Shown here one piece after another: positions 25,901 through 38,800 of a stretch of 57,036 nucleotides of DNA. The notes under the pieces were generated by a model, which searched no databases, was not told where the DNA came from, and saw only the letters and a list, made by a program, of their open reading frames with translations. The translations under genes and the position numbers were made by a program. How positions within the stretch are numbered: the stretch's first letter is position 1; every line of letters starts with the position of its first letter. This stretch comes from Vermamoeba vermiformis. Taxonomy: Eukaryota. The DNA lies in assembly GCA_045837725.1 (NCBI GenBank), contig JBEWZL010000210.1:62001-119036 (forward strand). Reading direction: 5' to 3'.

Positions 25901-28125
25901 ATGGCTCAGTTCAACGTTTTTTTGTTCCTTGTAACGGTCGTTGGTCTGATCCACGCTGGTTTAGGAGAAGATACCTGTCCCTTCGCTTGCTCTCCTGATG
26001 GTGGTAGTGAATATTATCTGCATAATATTGCCGAGCAGTATGTATCAGTACTGTCAGAACTAATTTGCTTTTCGGTACAGATCTTTTTCCTGGCTCTTCG
26101 CGAATTTTTTAATATTAATTGCTTATAATTATTCAATTGCGGCTAAAATTTAGGACTCATTTCCACTCCGCGAACTTTAATGGAGTTACATACAACTTCA
26201 ACATCAGCATCTGTTCTGCTTCGGCAGGAATGTATTGCGGAGGCTGCCAGTATTATCCTGGTAAGTAAAATGATATTATTACGAGCAAAATATAATTATT
26301 AAAATCAAAATCAGGTGTTTGCCAGTTTTGGGGCTCTTATTCTGATCCGAAGACGAGATGTCTCGGAAATAGTTGGACCCGCGAAGTGACCGGACTCAGT
26401 AAGTGGTCGATATCAAATCTTTAATTGAGTGTGCTTAAATTAAATGGGCTTAAAATTTTTGGTCGCAGACGGTGGTTTTGGCGTTCAGGTCAAATACTCA
26501 AAGGGTGATGTGTGCGAATCATGCATGCCTGATAACCCAAGAGAGGCTATTATCACATTGCTGTGCGACTCTTCTGGTACGTAATGACACGCCTTCCTTC
26601 ACACAACCAGCCCCAACGGGCGCGCGGGCGCCGCGGCCGGGCGCCCGACAAGGGGGCCGCGCCCCGGCCCGCGGGGCGCAGGATGCCCGGGGGCGGCGCG
26701 ACCAAGGCAAACGGGGCGGCCAGGGCCCCCACCCGACCGCCACCACACGACACCCGACCCCACACAAACACACCCACACAAGAGCCAAGCCCACCGCCCC
26801 CAACCCCTCCCACCAACCCCCCCGCCCAAGCCAAAACAAGACCCACCAAACTCAACACAAAAAAACCACCACGCCCCACCCGCAACCCACAAAAACCCAC
26901 AACAAGCAAAGACCAACCGCCCCCCCAACCCAAACCGCAGAAAGCCCAACAACAACCCCCCCCCCCACCCCCGCGCAAAGCCACACCGCGAACCGAGCCC
27001 CCCCACCCCGAGAGCCACCCCCACCGAACCCACACACCCACCCCCCAGGACCCCCGGCCCCGCCCCCAGCAGTCTCAAGGGCAGAGCGCCAGCGAGCGCC
27101 CGAACCCGAGCAACCCACGCGACCCCCCTCACGCCGGAGCAAAGGATCACCCGCACCAAACCAGCGCCCAAACAGCAAACAAAAGCGAAGCCACAAAACA
27201 AGACCCACAAGCAGCCCACCAGAAAAAAGAACGAGCCAAGGAAGCACAACAACGACCCAGAGAGCCCAACAGCACGGAAGAACAAACCTAGAGCCCCCAC
27301 CTCCCCCACCCGCCCCCCAAGCCGCCCGCGGGACAGACCCCAGGAGACCTACCGGCGCCCCCGCCCTCCCAGCACCCGGCCCCCCGCGCCCCCGCCGCCA
27401 GGGACAGAGGCCAGCCGCCGCACCGGGGGCGGCGCCACAGAGGGGAGCCGCGCAGAAACACACCCCACCCCCCGACAGCCACCCCGCCGCGAGGCCACCC
27501 CACGAGGGGCCAAAAAAACCCCCCGCGACTGCCAACCGCAGCGACCGGCCCCCGCCGGCCAGCGCGGGGGGCGGGCCACAAGCGACAGCCCGGGAGGCGG
27601 CCCCCCCCCCCCCCCCCCCCGCCAGAGCCAACGCGCCGCCAGGCGCAACAAAAGGCCCGCCAGAGGGGGTTTTCGGATGATCCGAGTGCTGCGCCCCACA
27701 ACACTCAACAATCAAGCAATGAGCATCGAAATGTTTTGGTAATAGTAGCGCTTATGATTGGGAAATAGAAGAGGCGAAAGATCGGGATTGGGACAAGAGA
27801 GGTGGGGGGGCGCTCTCCTGTTCTCATGCTCGGTTGTGGGCGAGGAGCGAGCGACGAAAACTATGGATAATGACAGAATGGTGCGTGAGAGAGTGGACGT
27901 GAAGTGGCGCCAGGAGAGACGATCTTCACGTTAGCGAACGAGTGCGACATGTCTACTGGCTCTGCGTACCAGAATTGCGACGGCACAATTGTGTACACTT
28001 ACAAATGCAGTGGTCCAAACTGTGGTAATTGCAAAGTGACCGATAAAGCTCGCGTAAACACGTGCTACGACGGCTACGAATATCAATGCATTTTCAATAA
28101 TGCCGCTTCACCCGTCGCCTTGTAA
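25901..28125 (+). CDS. Secreted Cys-rich protein with a mannose-6-phosphate-receptor-homology (MRH)-like domain; middle obscured by the anomalous block
   Basis: Signal peptide MAQFNVFLFLVTVVGLIHAG; spliced exons YNFNISIC...GVCQFWG...RCLG...GVQVKYSKGDVC...REAIITLLCD. Cys-rich coding sequence resumes at ~27904. Linkage of the two halves is inferred. Confidence 0.6.
26590..27900. other. Anomalous low-complexity GC/CA-rich block, probable sequencing or assembly artefact
   Basis: About 12 T in 26601-27669 by manual count, with long C runs, no repeat unit and open frames on both strands. Abrupt contrast with the AT-rich host DNA. Confidence 0.75.
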
Positions 28126-28306
28126 GCAATGCAACTTGTATGTGTCGAATAAATCGTTCGTTCACTTGACGAGCTAGCCTTGAAGGATAGCTTCGGGTGT
28201 TTAATTTTCAAACGGAGTTATTTCTTTTTGTCTGACCAGAACGACCATACTATGTGGTCGAGGCTCTTTGTTCTATTAGTATAATTATTGGCCTAACATC
28301 ATCTTA

Positions 28307-31300
28307 ATGTCCAATGCAAACAAAAGAAAGCGCGAGGACGAAGATCACGAAGATCCGGAAGCAGATCGTGTTGCAAAAAAATCAAAATGCGATCTTATCG
28401 AAATAAATACGCTACCCGAGGAGTTAATCATGCAGATACTTGTTAGAGTACCAAAAAAAAATCTAGGTATTATTTAATTTTTCAATAATTACCGGAATTA
28501 ATGTCTTTCAATGTGGTAGTGGAAATCAATTTTAATATTAATTTTCTGCCATAAATAGAGGCTTTATCAGAAACATCAACGCAATGGCTCAAGATCACGC
28601 GCTCACGAGATTTTTGGAGACTGTCGTGTCAATACCGATGGACGTCGGTTGTTGCTTCTGATACTTTAGAATTTACTTCAGAAGAATATGTATTCCCAAT
28701 TGTTATGCGTAAGTTAATGACGAAACCCGAATCTGATCTGATCTATCCGCCCTTAGTCAACGGCAGACCTTTGGTGGATTGGCAGTTTTACTACAAAATT
28801 AGGTACGCCATGACATTAATATTATAGAGGGCTCACGCACGATTTAGAAAAAAACTCGGCAAAGCAATCAAAAGCGTCGCGGAACAAAGCCAAAGGTTTC
28901 CAGACATACTAGCGGCAGCAGTAGGAAGAATTCTTTCTAAGGGCACCGAGCTGCAATATGGCACGGTAGCCAGCGTATTAGAAATATTTCCTATTTTGTC
29001 GCTGGCCAAGAGTCTATTTCCCGTGCTTGTAGTGCCGATTCTTGATCTAGCGTTTGATATGGCCTTATTGCGCTATAATAGAGGTGAAACAGCTTGGTTC
29101 CGGCCTAATATTATGTTATTAGAGCACGTAATCGATTGCAGTCGTCCAAGAGCCAAAATTTTCAGGTGAGATCTGTGATCCGATTCGTTACTTTTAATAT
29201 TTGTTTTAATTATTACGTTTATATAGTTTTTGCCGTCGTGCGTATGGCCTTTTACAACTAGTTAGAGACAATAACGAAGAGGAAACAATTCTGACCCTGG
29301 TAAAAGTCATAACGCAGCTCTTCAGATCGAGAACTACATACGATGAACGGTCAAAAAAGCTGTTTGGCATGGTCACTGAATGTATGATTGGATTGGGCCC
29401 GTTAGATCTTGGGAAGGATAAATACCTTGCTGGTTCCTTGGCATTTCAACGACCATTCGGCCCAGCCAGCGTGAGCCTGCTGAAACAATTTGCAAGAATC
29501 AAAGGTTAGAACATAAATAAGGTTACTATAGTAATGTTTTCTAATGACATAGTCCTGTAGAGTCGTTTACAACAATGGTGGTTGATATTGCAAGCAGAAT
29601 GTATCATGCCAGCGATGATTGGAAGATTAAAGCGAGTGCCATCGCCGTTGCATGGAATTCATTGAACAAAACAACAGAATACACCGAGAAATATTGCGCG
29701 TAAGTTCTTCATTTTCCAAAAATCAAAGTCCAGGGAAGGACAGGGTCGGGATTGATTGTTATTCCTAATCCTAATTCCTAAATAGGTTGGCCGTACACGC
29801 AGCAAGACAGCCCGAGAGTGAGCTATCATTTGTCGGTCTCATTGGCCTGTTTAATATAGTCAGAAAATCCGACGAGTGCGAGACACAGTTCAACGGCGAG
29901 CTTGCCACAACAATATTCAACGTATTTACCGATGCTTTGATGAAATACGATGCAAACATAGGGTAAGTGTAGTGGTTTAAAGAAGCCATAATAATAACAT
30001 TGGCGTAGTTTGAAGTTGTACATGGTTCTGTGGCAGATTTTACCGGCTGTCCAATCGGACTTGGTTTCAGATGAGCTGTTAAATCAATTCATTGCAAATG
30101 TTCTTGACCTGTTTGCACGACTTGACCAAAATGTTGCACAAGTTGAAGACAAGTTTGTTTTCTCATTTGGTGATGTAGGCACAAAGTTCAAAGGTCGATT
30201 GGCCAAAGTACGTTGACTATGAAATTTCGAATATCATCTCACTAACGTGCCATTGTTATAGATCGTAGAGAAAGTAAAGACGACGTTTTTCTCCATGAAC
30301 AAGGAGAGATTTCCGTCTGAGAGATTGTTAGAGTGCTACGTTGATTTTGGTAAAACAGAAATTCGCGTCTATTCTTGTCCTCATACTCAATCGATTGATA
30401 GGCATGGCAGTGCAAGGAGATGAATTCGCTTCAGAATTCAGACAGCTCGCCAAACAAATCATTGCTGGCACATTGCCGTTCAAAGTATCTGTCGTAGCGT
30501 GCTACGGAAGAATGGCCGATGATTGGTTGCACTTTGCAGAGTCAGAAGAGGAACGCGAACATATTATAAGACAACTCATCGAAGCAATTCCTCAAGTGGT
30601 TTCAGATTTCGGGCAAAGCGATGTGTTCGAAGAACAGCAGCGACCAGAGACTGGACCTGAAAGTCTACCAAACACATTTCAAGAGATATTAGACGAGTAT
30701 GAAGGTGATGGACTAGATAAGATAGCTACAATGGAGTTCCATGCACCAGAGTTTTACGTCTGTAAGGAGCATTTGACACCTGTCAATCCGAGGGGAATAA
30801 TTCGATACGACAGAGGTGCTGGAATTACACGAGTAAGTGACACAGGTCGTCATAAATAATGCTTAATGTTTGATAAGGAAATTGCCGAGTCCCATTTGTA
30901 TGCCTCTCGGCTGCTCATTATCGTCATTAAGAACGAAGGCAAATACGTTCAGCACGCACAAAAAGTTCTGCACGCCGTGTTAGCGACATATCGTATTCTT
31001 TTCAATACAGGCGAACTGCATCATGCGATACTTGCTTTTTTGGCCCTTGTCAAGCCAGAGATGGAGCCAATCGAGTTCCTTAAATACATTGAAATCATTT
31101 TTCATACCATGGCTAATCAAATCGACCCTGAGTTGTCATTTAGCCAAATCACTCAAAGAGGAATATCAGATCTGTTCGCTTTTGTAAGTTCGCAAGAAAT
31201 CTATTTGATGATGCACTAATACTATCATTTAGTGCTTTGGTTTATTAGAACCTTGCGGTGTTAGTAAGGCAAGCACTATCAGGAATGCTATCAATGCTTA

Positions 31301-32155
31301 TCTGTTGATGTACGACTTTTCCGTTCCAAAATTTATGGAGGTACGTAACTTAAGACCATTTATCTCATCATCTCGATTTTAATGCAGTTTATTTCAGTTG
31401 GACAAATTGATTTACTATTGCATTACAACGTGGCCAAGAATTGCTTATGAAGGCATTCGACAGTCAATTTTAGCGATCTGGCTTGTCAAACGTGTCAAAA
31501 ATGCAGAGTCTTTGGTACGTTCATTATTTATATTTATTATTTTCATTCAATAATACGATATTGTGCAGGAACAAAAGATGCCGTTGTTGTTCGTATTTGC
31601 AACCGCCGCGGTATTCTACAGCGTGGGCTTTGTATCGGTACGTCCAAATTCTGCATTTTTAGCATCTTGGACTCTACAAATACTCATAGTAATGTTACCC
31701 AGGAGCATCTGTGCGCCGATGACCCGGATGAGGAAGACTACGAATCTTCAGATAAGTACTTGGCGCGCATTATGCCGGACTGCCGAGCTCTGTACATGGC
31801 AGCTTTAGAAGGCAAAGAGGGGTTTGAGATGAACGCTAGACAATTGAAAATTTTACGCAACTTCTTGGTACTTTACGCGGTGGATGTCGTGCACGGTTTT
31901 TCGACAGAAGTTTCAATGTTACGCCAGGTGGACGATTATCAAGAATACCTGTTAACATCAGCCACGACATATGAAATACCGTTCGATACTGGTGTGCCTG
32001 AATTGACCAGTTTATTCAAAGAACTGGATCTGAGCGGTATTTGCAAATTACTGTCGCTTAAATGTGTTGTGTACTCGGATGAAGAAGAAGGAGGTGACTA
32101 TGAAGATAATGAAGCTGAAGAAAATAACAAGGCAGAAGATAACAACGAACAATAA
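28307..32155 (+). CDS. F-box protein with long alpha-helical (ARM/HEAT-like) body and acidic tail, multi-exon
   Basis: MSNANKRKRED...INTLPEELIMQILVRVP...LSETSTQWLKITRSRDFWRLSCQYRW (NLS-like motif plus F-box), then many helical exons ending ...EDNNEQ*. Confidence 0.75.
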
Positions 32156-32289
32156 ACTTTTTTCGGTATTTGTTTACACGTACCTCGTCCGAGTAAAAAG
32201 TAGTAAAGTGGCCACGGCAAAGCGGGACCACAAATGCACTCTTTAATTCATATGAGCTCTTAATATCATGGCTTTGATACTAGTTGGGC

Positions 32290-32382
32290 CAAAACAACGC
32301 GAGGATGAGGATCTCGAACCTGATCGTGTCACAAAAAAAACTAAAATGCGAGGTTGTCGAAATTACTCGAGGAGTTGATCAT
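32290..32382 (+). pseudogene. Degenerate duplicate of the 5' end of the upstream F-box gene
   Basis: cgcgaggatgaggatc...gatcgtgtcacaaaaaaaactaaaatgcgaggttgtcgaaat...cgaggagttgatcat aligns by eye with 28321-28431 (cgcgaggacgaagatc...gatcgtgttgcaaaaaaatcaaaatgcgatcttatcgaaat...cgaggagttaatcat), with deletions. Confidence 0.75.
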
Positions 32383-32766
32383 TACTATTTAAATCAATAT
32401 CATATTAGAATTTCGAAATATTGTCGTGCCGGCAAGATTCGATCGTAGACAATTATGGCAGAACAGAACCACGATTATTTTATTTACGATTATTATTAAT
32501 GGTAATAATTTTTTTAACGTACGTAGAGTAGCGGAATTCAGGTTCAGTGGGATTTGTTACAAATAAATCTGCTCTAGGCCAATGCAACGCCGCCCAACAC
32601 CACGCAGCTTATTAATCCTGCAATGACAAGTGTTGTATTCATAATTTTATTAGGAACTAAATTGAACAAAAAGGGCGGCAAAAAAATCTTCGTGTCGGTT
32701 GATTTTTCCATTCTCGTTTTGTTTGTATTATTTATTTATATAAATGCAACAATAAGTCGTGTATTA

Positions 32767-34394
32767 ATGAACAACGCTACTTGTGGTCCGAGCGGCTTTT
32801 GGGGCGATATCACTTCGTCAATTGGTAAGCGCATCTACTGCTCTGTTGAAAACAAAATGAACAATGGCCTTGAAATTTTTAATTATATTATAATATACCG
32901 AATAATAACAAGATTTTTAAGCCAATATTTTGCGTTACAACGACTGATCTAGCGACGTCTTTCAATTCAAGTTTACCGTTACGGATGTCACAATAAAAAT
33001 TATGATCAATAGCACCATATTGATACAAATATTTATTTTATTATTAACTACACCGTGCTCAATAATTAGATCGCCGTTACTTTGTTACGGCGCAAAAAAA
33101 AATACGTGTAACTATTATTTTCCCAATCACATTATTTATCAAAAATATATAAATATTTGATAGTATAGCGATCGTGTTAATTTGTTTATTAAATATCTGG
33201 ACGGATCTAGCACTGGAAATATTCCGATTCTCCGTTCAGTTGCTTATTAATCGATAATAAATTTAATATAAAAAATACGCTATATTTTTAACGTAGTATA
33301 GGCCATTTTACTATAATTAACTGAAGATCTGAAAACGACAATCACTAACAACAAATCTGAAATTTTACTAGATTGGTGCGAAAAGAACTACGACGTGTGG
33401 TATTATCTCGCCGAATTTTGGAACAGCACTTCAAGTCTAGCACTGAGTTTATTTGGATTTATTGGCTTTTATTTGACCAGACGAGAAAAATTCGAATTTC
33501 GGTATCAATTGTTCAATCTGTTTGTAGCGGTCGTTGGACTTGGTAGCGCAGCTTTCCATGGCACATTATTGTATTCTATGCAGGTATAGTCTTATTTCCC
33601 ATTTATTTTAACTAAAAATCAACATCCGGATAGCATACGATACCAACGAGCATGAATCTTATTGATTATATCAATTTTAGCATATAATTTGCTTTTATAC
33701 GACACATTAATGATATAATGCTTAATCTCGATTATTTAAAAAGAAAATAATTTTACTGCGGATCGAGATTTTCTCATCGTGCTAATTGAATACTTAATAT
33801 AGATGTGGGACGAACTGCCTATGGTCTACACTACTATGGTCACATTGTATATATTAAGCTGCAAAGAGAAACCAGCTGGCAAAGGCGATCTGAAAGCAGG
33901 CATATTTTATATTGTTTATGCCATAGTTTGCTCCGCCGTGCATTTTATGCATGCATTTGTAACGATATTTCAAGTGCATTTTGGCGTAATGGTATTTTCT
34001 GCACAAGTTTGGGCCTTAGTTTACGCGTCAAGATTCAAAAAGATGAGCGATCATAAGAAAATGTTTTGGCCGTATTTATTCTTTCAATTCGCTGCTCTTG
34101 GAGCGTGGGTAAGCTATTTAATACTATATTATATATATATATCGATATTTACTAAATTGAATTCTTTCGTAGCTGATCGATCTGCATTTTTGTCATTGGA
34201 TCGAAGAAAATTTGCCGTTCAACCCTCAATTGCACGCGATCTGGCACACGTTCTCGGCTATTGCTAGCTATTGCACTGGAATGAGCTTATGCGCCTTGCG
34301 CTCTCATTATTTGAAGGAAGATCCTCAATTCAAGTATTTCTGGAAGATCTTCCCGTACGTGGAACGTGGAAAGGCTAAGGAAAAAACAAAATAA
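32767..34394 (+). CDS. Alkaline ceramidase (ACER3/YPC1-like, CREST superfamily), multi-exon
   Basis: GFWGDITSSIDWCEKNY...AEFWNSTSS, VGLGSAAFHGTL, QMWDELPMVY, PQLHAIWH, and a lysine-rich C-terminus KAKEKTK*. Confidence 0.92.
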
Positions 34395-34780
34395 TAATCT
34401 AACCCCTGTTAATTAATTATCAACATATAAAGCGAAATTTTGCATCGTACTAGCACGTGCGACGATTTCTTTGTTCAACTTTTTTGTACTGCTGCATTTG
34501 CTGATAGAAATAGGACACCAGTAATTATAGTACTGCAAATCGATACGCAGCTAGCATAACAGAAAGCGCCCAAGGTAATTGCCGATGACAGTTCTGTTAT
34601 CTTTAAAACGGAATTCAGATTTAAACTCGAATCCGAAAGTTGGCGAGGTTAATTAATTGCTTCTCTCACTAAGGAATACATTATTTTTAAATACGTAGTT
34701 TAGTTACGAAGCTAATTCTGAAATCCAATTTTTTGTTTGGATGCAAAAATTCGATCCAATTAACCCTCATAACTAGTTAA

Positions 34781-35014
34781 ATGACAACGCCATTGCCTAC
34801 ATGGACAACTACTGAAGTAGTTAACTGGGCGCGAACAGTGTTGGGCTTTTCAGCCAAGAGTGCACAAGTGTTAATCCAGCAAGAAATCACCGGATACATT
34901 CTCTATGCACATGTCCCTAGTTTGATCGCCTTAATTTCTCTTCTTCCTGGAGTTCCAACCGGAAGGGTTAAACGAATGTGGGATGAAGCTGCAAAAATGC
35001 GCGACCAACTGTAA
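34781..35014 (+). CDS. Small stand-alone SAM-domain-like protein
   Basis: 77-aa ORF WTTTEVVNWARTVLGFS...LIQQEITGYIL...GVPTGRVKRM matching the SAM pattern W..E.V..W...LG...L...EI.G..L...G...G. Confidence 0.55.
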   Translation: MTTPLPTWTTTEVVNWARTVLGFSAKSAQVLIQQEITGYILYAHVPSLIALISLLPGVPTGRVKRMWDEAAKMRDQL

Positions 35015-35884
35015 CGATGCTACTTCCACATAAACGTAAATTTCCCGTGCAAAAAGAACTTTTTTGGTTCCTTTGAACGGGACCGACAATAACAATAAAA
35101 ACAACGGGATGCGAAGGATAGACTGCTGAATTGAGTGAGTTGAGAAAGCACGCTTAGGAGCACAGTATTGTATCTGCAATACTTGTGCTATAAGTGCGCG
35201 CAAATAGTAAAATAATAAAACGAGAGCAATTGCGATTTTGTACCCTAATACTAATTTTAGGAAACTAAAATTACTTTGCCGGGGTTTCTAAACTACGTTT
35301 CGACAAACGAGTAACTAGTATTGAGAAGAGAATATTGTAGCAACTTTCGCTGGTGAGGAGTGGGATAAAGAAACCGCGCCGAGATTGCGAATCTCTAGAT
35401 TAACTACAAGGAAATACTTAGTAAATAGGACAAGCACGTTGAAAACGAGCACTTGTAATATTGCAGAAATAATTTAAAACAATTTAGGTAAATAAACCGT
35501 TGCAGATTAGATTTACAGATTAAACCACGGAAATACCTTCTCACACGATCAATTCGCGTTAATTTTAAATAAAATATCGTGCTTCTCACGCTCCTTGAAG
35601 CAGAGCTTGTGATATTCAAAGATCGAGCTGTTTACGTAAATGCACAGGGCTCTATGTTTCATTCGTGAGCTTGTCCTCGGCATATTTGCAATACATTTGC
35701 GTTGATATGGATTAGAAAAATAGCTGAGAAATGGTGTTTGGTCGGCGAAATTGGGTGTTAAGAAATTAGTTCGTTTTTTTTGATCAGAATTTTATTTTGC
35801 GCGGCATCGCAACAACTATCGTTGCATATCTGATAGTTATTTATTTAATTCAGATACGATAGCTTGCGGTTGCTAATCTTCGCG

Positions 35885-38800
35885 ATGGAGAAGACAGATA
35901 CGCACAACGTACGAGTGTTATTGCTTGGTGATAGCAAAGTCGGCAAAACATCTTTAAGACTAAGACTATTTTCATATTTTACGGATGAATATTACCCAAG
36001 GTAATTATATGAACCTAAACAAACGTAAAATTGAGTAAATTTGTGCGAGTCGGATTTAGTTTTCTATCTTTGCTTTCAAGCTTTTGATTAATAGAATATC
36101 TTGACTGCTATGAAATAAATGTCCTATATCGATGGCAAGCGCGCTGTAAATTCGTTTAAATATTATTCAAATTTCTAACTTCATTCTGAAAATACACTTC
36201 GATCCACAGAAAATTCGAAATATTTCTTTCGATTGCTGCTATTTGTCGCGCATATATAATTTCACTATAACGGCTTGGAAATGATACAAGTTTTGATTCA
36301 AATTTCTGTTTTTACATTTTAACCGACCCGATCTTAAACTTCAAGCACTTAATATTGAATCAATACCACTATATTCAAATATAATAATTAAATTTATTTT
36401 TTAGCACGCTATGTTTCAAACACACGCTTCCGGAGCTCACTATGGAAGTAGATGGGAAAGAGACACCTATATATTTTGAGATCTGGGATTATCCTGGTAA
36501 GTGCATTACAGCTATTTATTTTAATTATAGCGCTTTATATTGACCCTTATCAATTTGCCCGATTGAATCGATTTTATTTGTTCCAGATTTCGTTCTTTAA
36601 TGATTTGAAACTTAAAGACTTAACATTAGCCAATTAGCTAAAATTAATGATATAACGCGCATACTTAATGAATATATTATCGTTCATGGCAACGGTAATG
36701 TCGTAAAAGACATCCGAGAGAAATTTCAAAACAACGAGCCAGCTTTTTTGTATATTGCTGACTATGCTTGGCGGTTAAATCTTAAATTAATGTTATATTT
36801 ATATATCATATTCTAGCTAGTTCTTAATTAATGACCTCCAAAGAATCTTTTTCCGCCTCGGAATGTCTTTTTACTTACCTGGATTCACGTTAACGGTTAA
36901 AATTATAGCTAAACATTAGCCTATATATGCACAATATTATATATTATAGCTGCAAATGCACAAAATGATGTTTCAAGACCGATCCGGATCCAATCGGTGC
37001 ACACTCAGTTACATCGATTTTGTGAACGATGTGAACCAGTCACGTGATTTTTTTCCGCGTTGTGTTCGTGTGTTCGTTGGGCACAGCAGCAGAGCGCGAC
37101 TTTTGTTCATTTTGTGCTTTTGTTAAGTGTTCGAAGATTTTGCCGATTTGCGAGTTCACATCAAAATCTTATCTTCGGTTACAGAATTTATTTTCAGCTT
37201 TTTTTTTGGTTCTAACATTTTGCTTGTAATTTCTCATAGGTGACAAATCACAGTGGAACATTCCTCTCATTTCTATCGCGACTACATTGGACGCTATTGT
37301 GTATTGCTACTCGATCTCTGACAACCAGTCCTTGGAGCACGTTGTTAAGAAGGTAAATATCTCATATATTATTTATATATACATAATAACACGACATTTA
37401 TATTAATAATAATCCATAATGAATCTTTCAATGGAAAAATAATGATTTTTGGCACGCATTGGATCCGGACTTAATCTTGACCTATTTACGGCTTATTTTC
37501 ATTACAATAGTCTAATATGTTATTTAATATAGTGGCAAAACGAGTTTCCTGCGCTCACTTCACCAATTCCAACGTTTTTAATCGGTTTGAAAGGCGATCT
37601 ACGATCACTGGACGATTCAGACAGCGATCCAAGTGGTCTTATTGGCGTGTCACACGTGCCTCTCGTTGAAATTGAAAAGGCTAAGGCCACTGCTAAGATT
37701 TTACAAACCGCAGAGGGTGAAAGTGTGGAGTACATGGAGTGTTCAGCGAAAACATCGTCAGGCGTACACAAAGTCTTCAGCCGAATTGCGCAGCTTGTGC
37801 TCAACAAGAAGAAAGTCAAAAATGTTCCTGAGCCACGTGACGCCATTGCGAAGAGCGGCAACACAACGAACGACGTCAAACTTGGATTGAGACAGTCGAG
37901 CGCGACTATGAGATCCAGCGCCAATCACAGCAACAAATCTGGCATGAGCAAAGAAGAGCCCAGCACGAATCGAATCATCATCAACGAAGCCGATTTGGTC
38001 TCGTTAGCTGAGAGCGAAGACGACTTTCCTATTTTGGACATCGTGGAAAGTAGCGACATGGAGCGCAAAGAAATTGAAAAGAAGATGAAAAATTACAAAG
38101 ACTCGGACACAGTGCCGCTCAATGAGTCATTTGAATGGGAAGAAAGGTAAGTTAGTTTTTTTATCAAACGTTTTATAACCCATGAAATTTCGCCGGATCC
38201 AATCGAACACATTTTTTACGAAATGCTCATGTAATAATATTGACCTATAATATGACGCAAACAAACTGTTATCAGTGTTTCAATAATGACGGCAAGGTTA
38301 TTATTATTGTTCCACTTGATATTCTTGCTAATGTCAGAAATGCCGAGTATAATCTTCGAAGATGTTTTTGTGTTTTTGAATTAACCTACCCCAACACGAT
38401 CTATCGATATTTAAGCCTTATATCGCAATATTACATCGATCTAATGCTATTTTTGACGTGTAGTGAGGCTGCGGATCGAAGTGAAGAAGAGTTCAGTGAA
38501 GCGTCAGTTTCCGATGATGAAGGCTTTTTTAACAAGTCGTTGTTGAAAGCACGAGGAATTTCAGTGCTTTTGCACCGTTTATTCAAAGCAGAAAAAGAGC
38601 AATTGCCGCCATTATACAAAATGGTTGCTAGTTTTGCCGTGAATGTTTTGACCAACGCCTACGTCAATCTCTCACACAGATTTTTGATCGCACGGTAAGA
38701 GCACATTTGTTCCTCGTTCAGTGAAAATTAACCGATCTCTAATTGCAGAATCGAAAAAAATGTCGTGGACTACATGCGACTTGTGCGCTCATTAACGAAG

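Noticed and set aside
26472-27715. Long Pro/Gly/Arg-rich ORFs on both strands (up to 402 aa)
   Set aside because: They arise because the block lacks T on one strand (A on the other), so stop codons cannot form. No domain signal.
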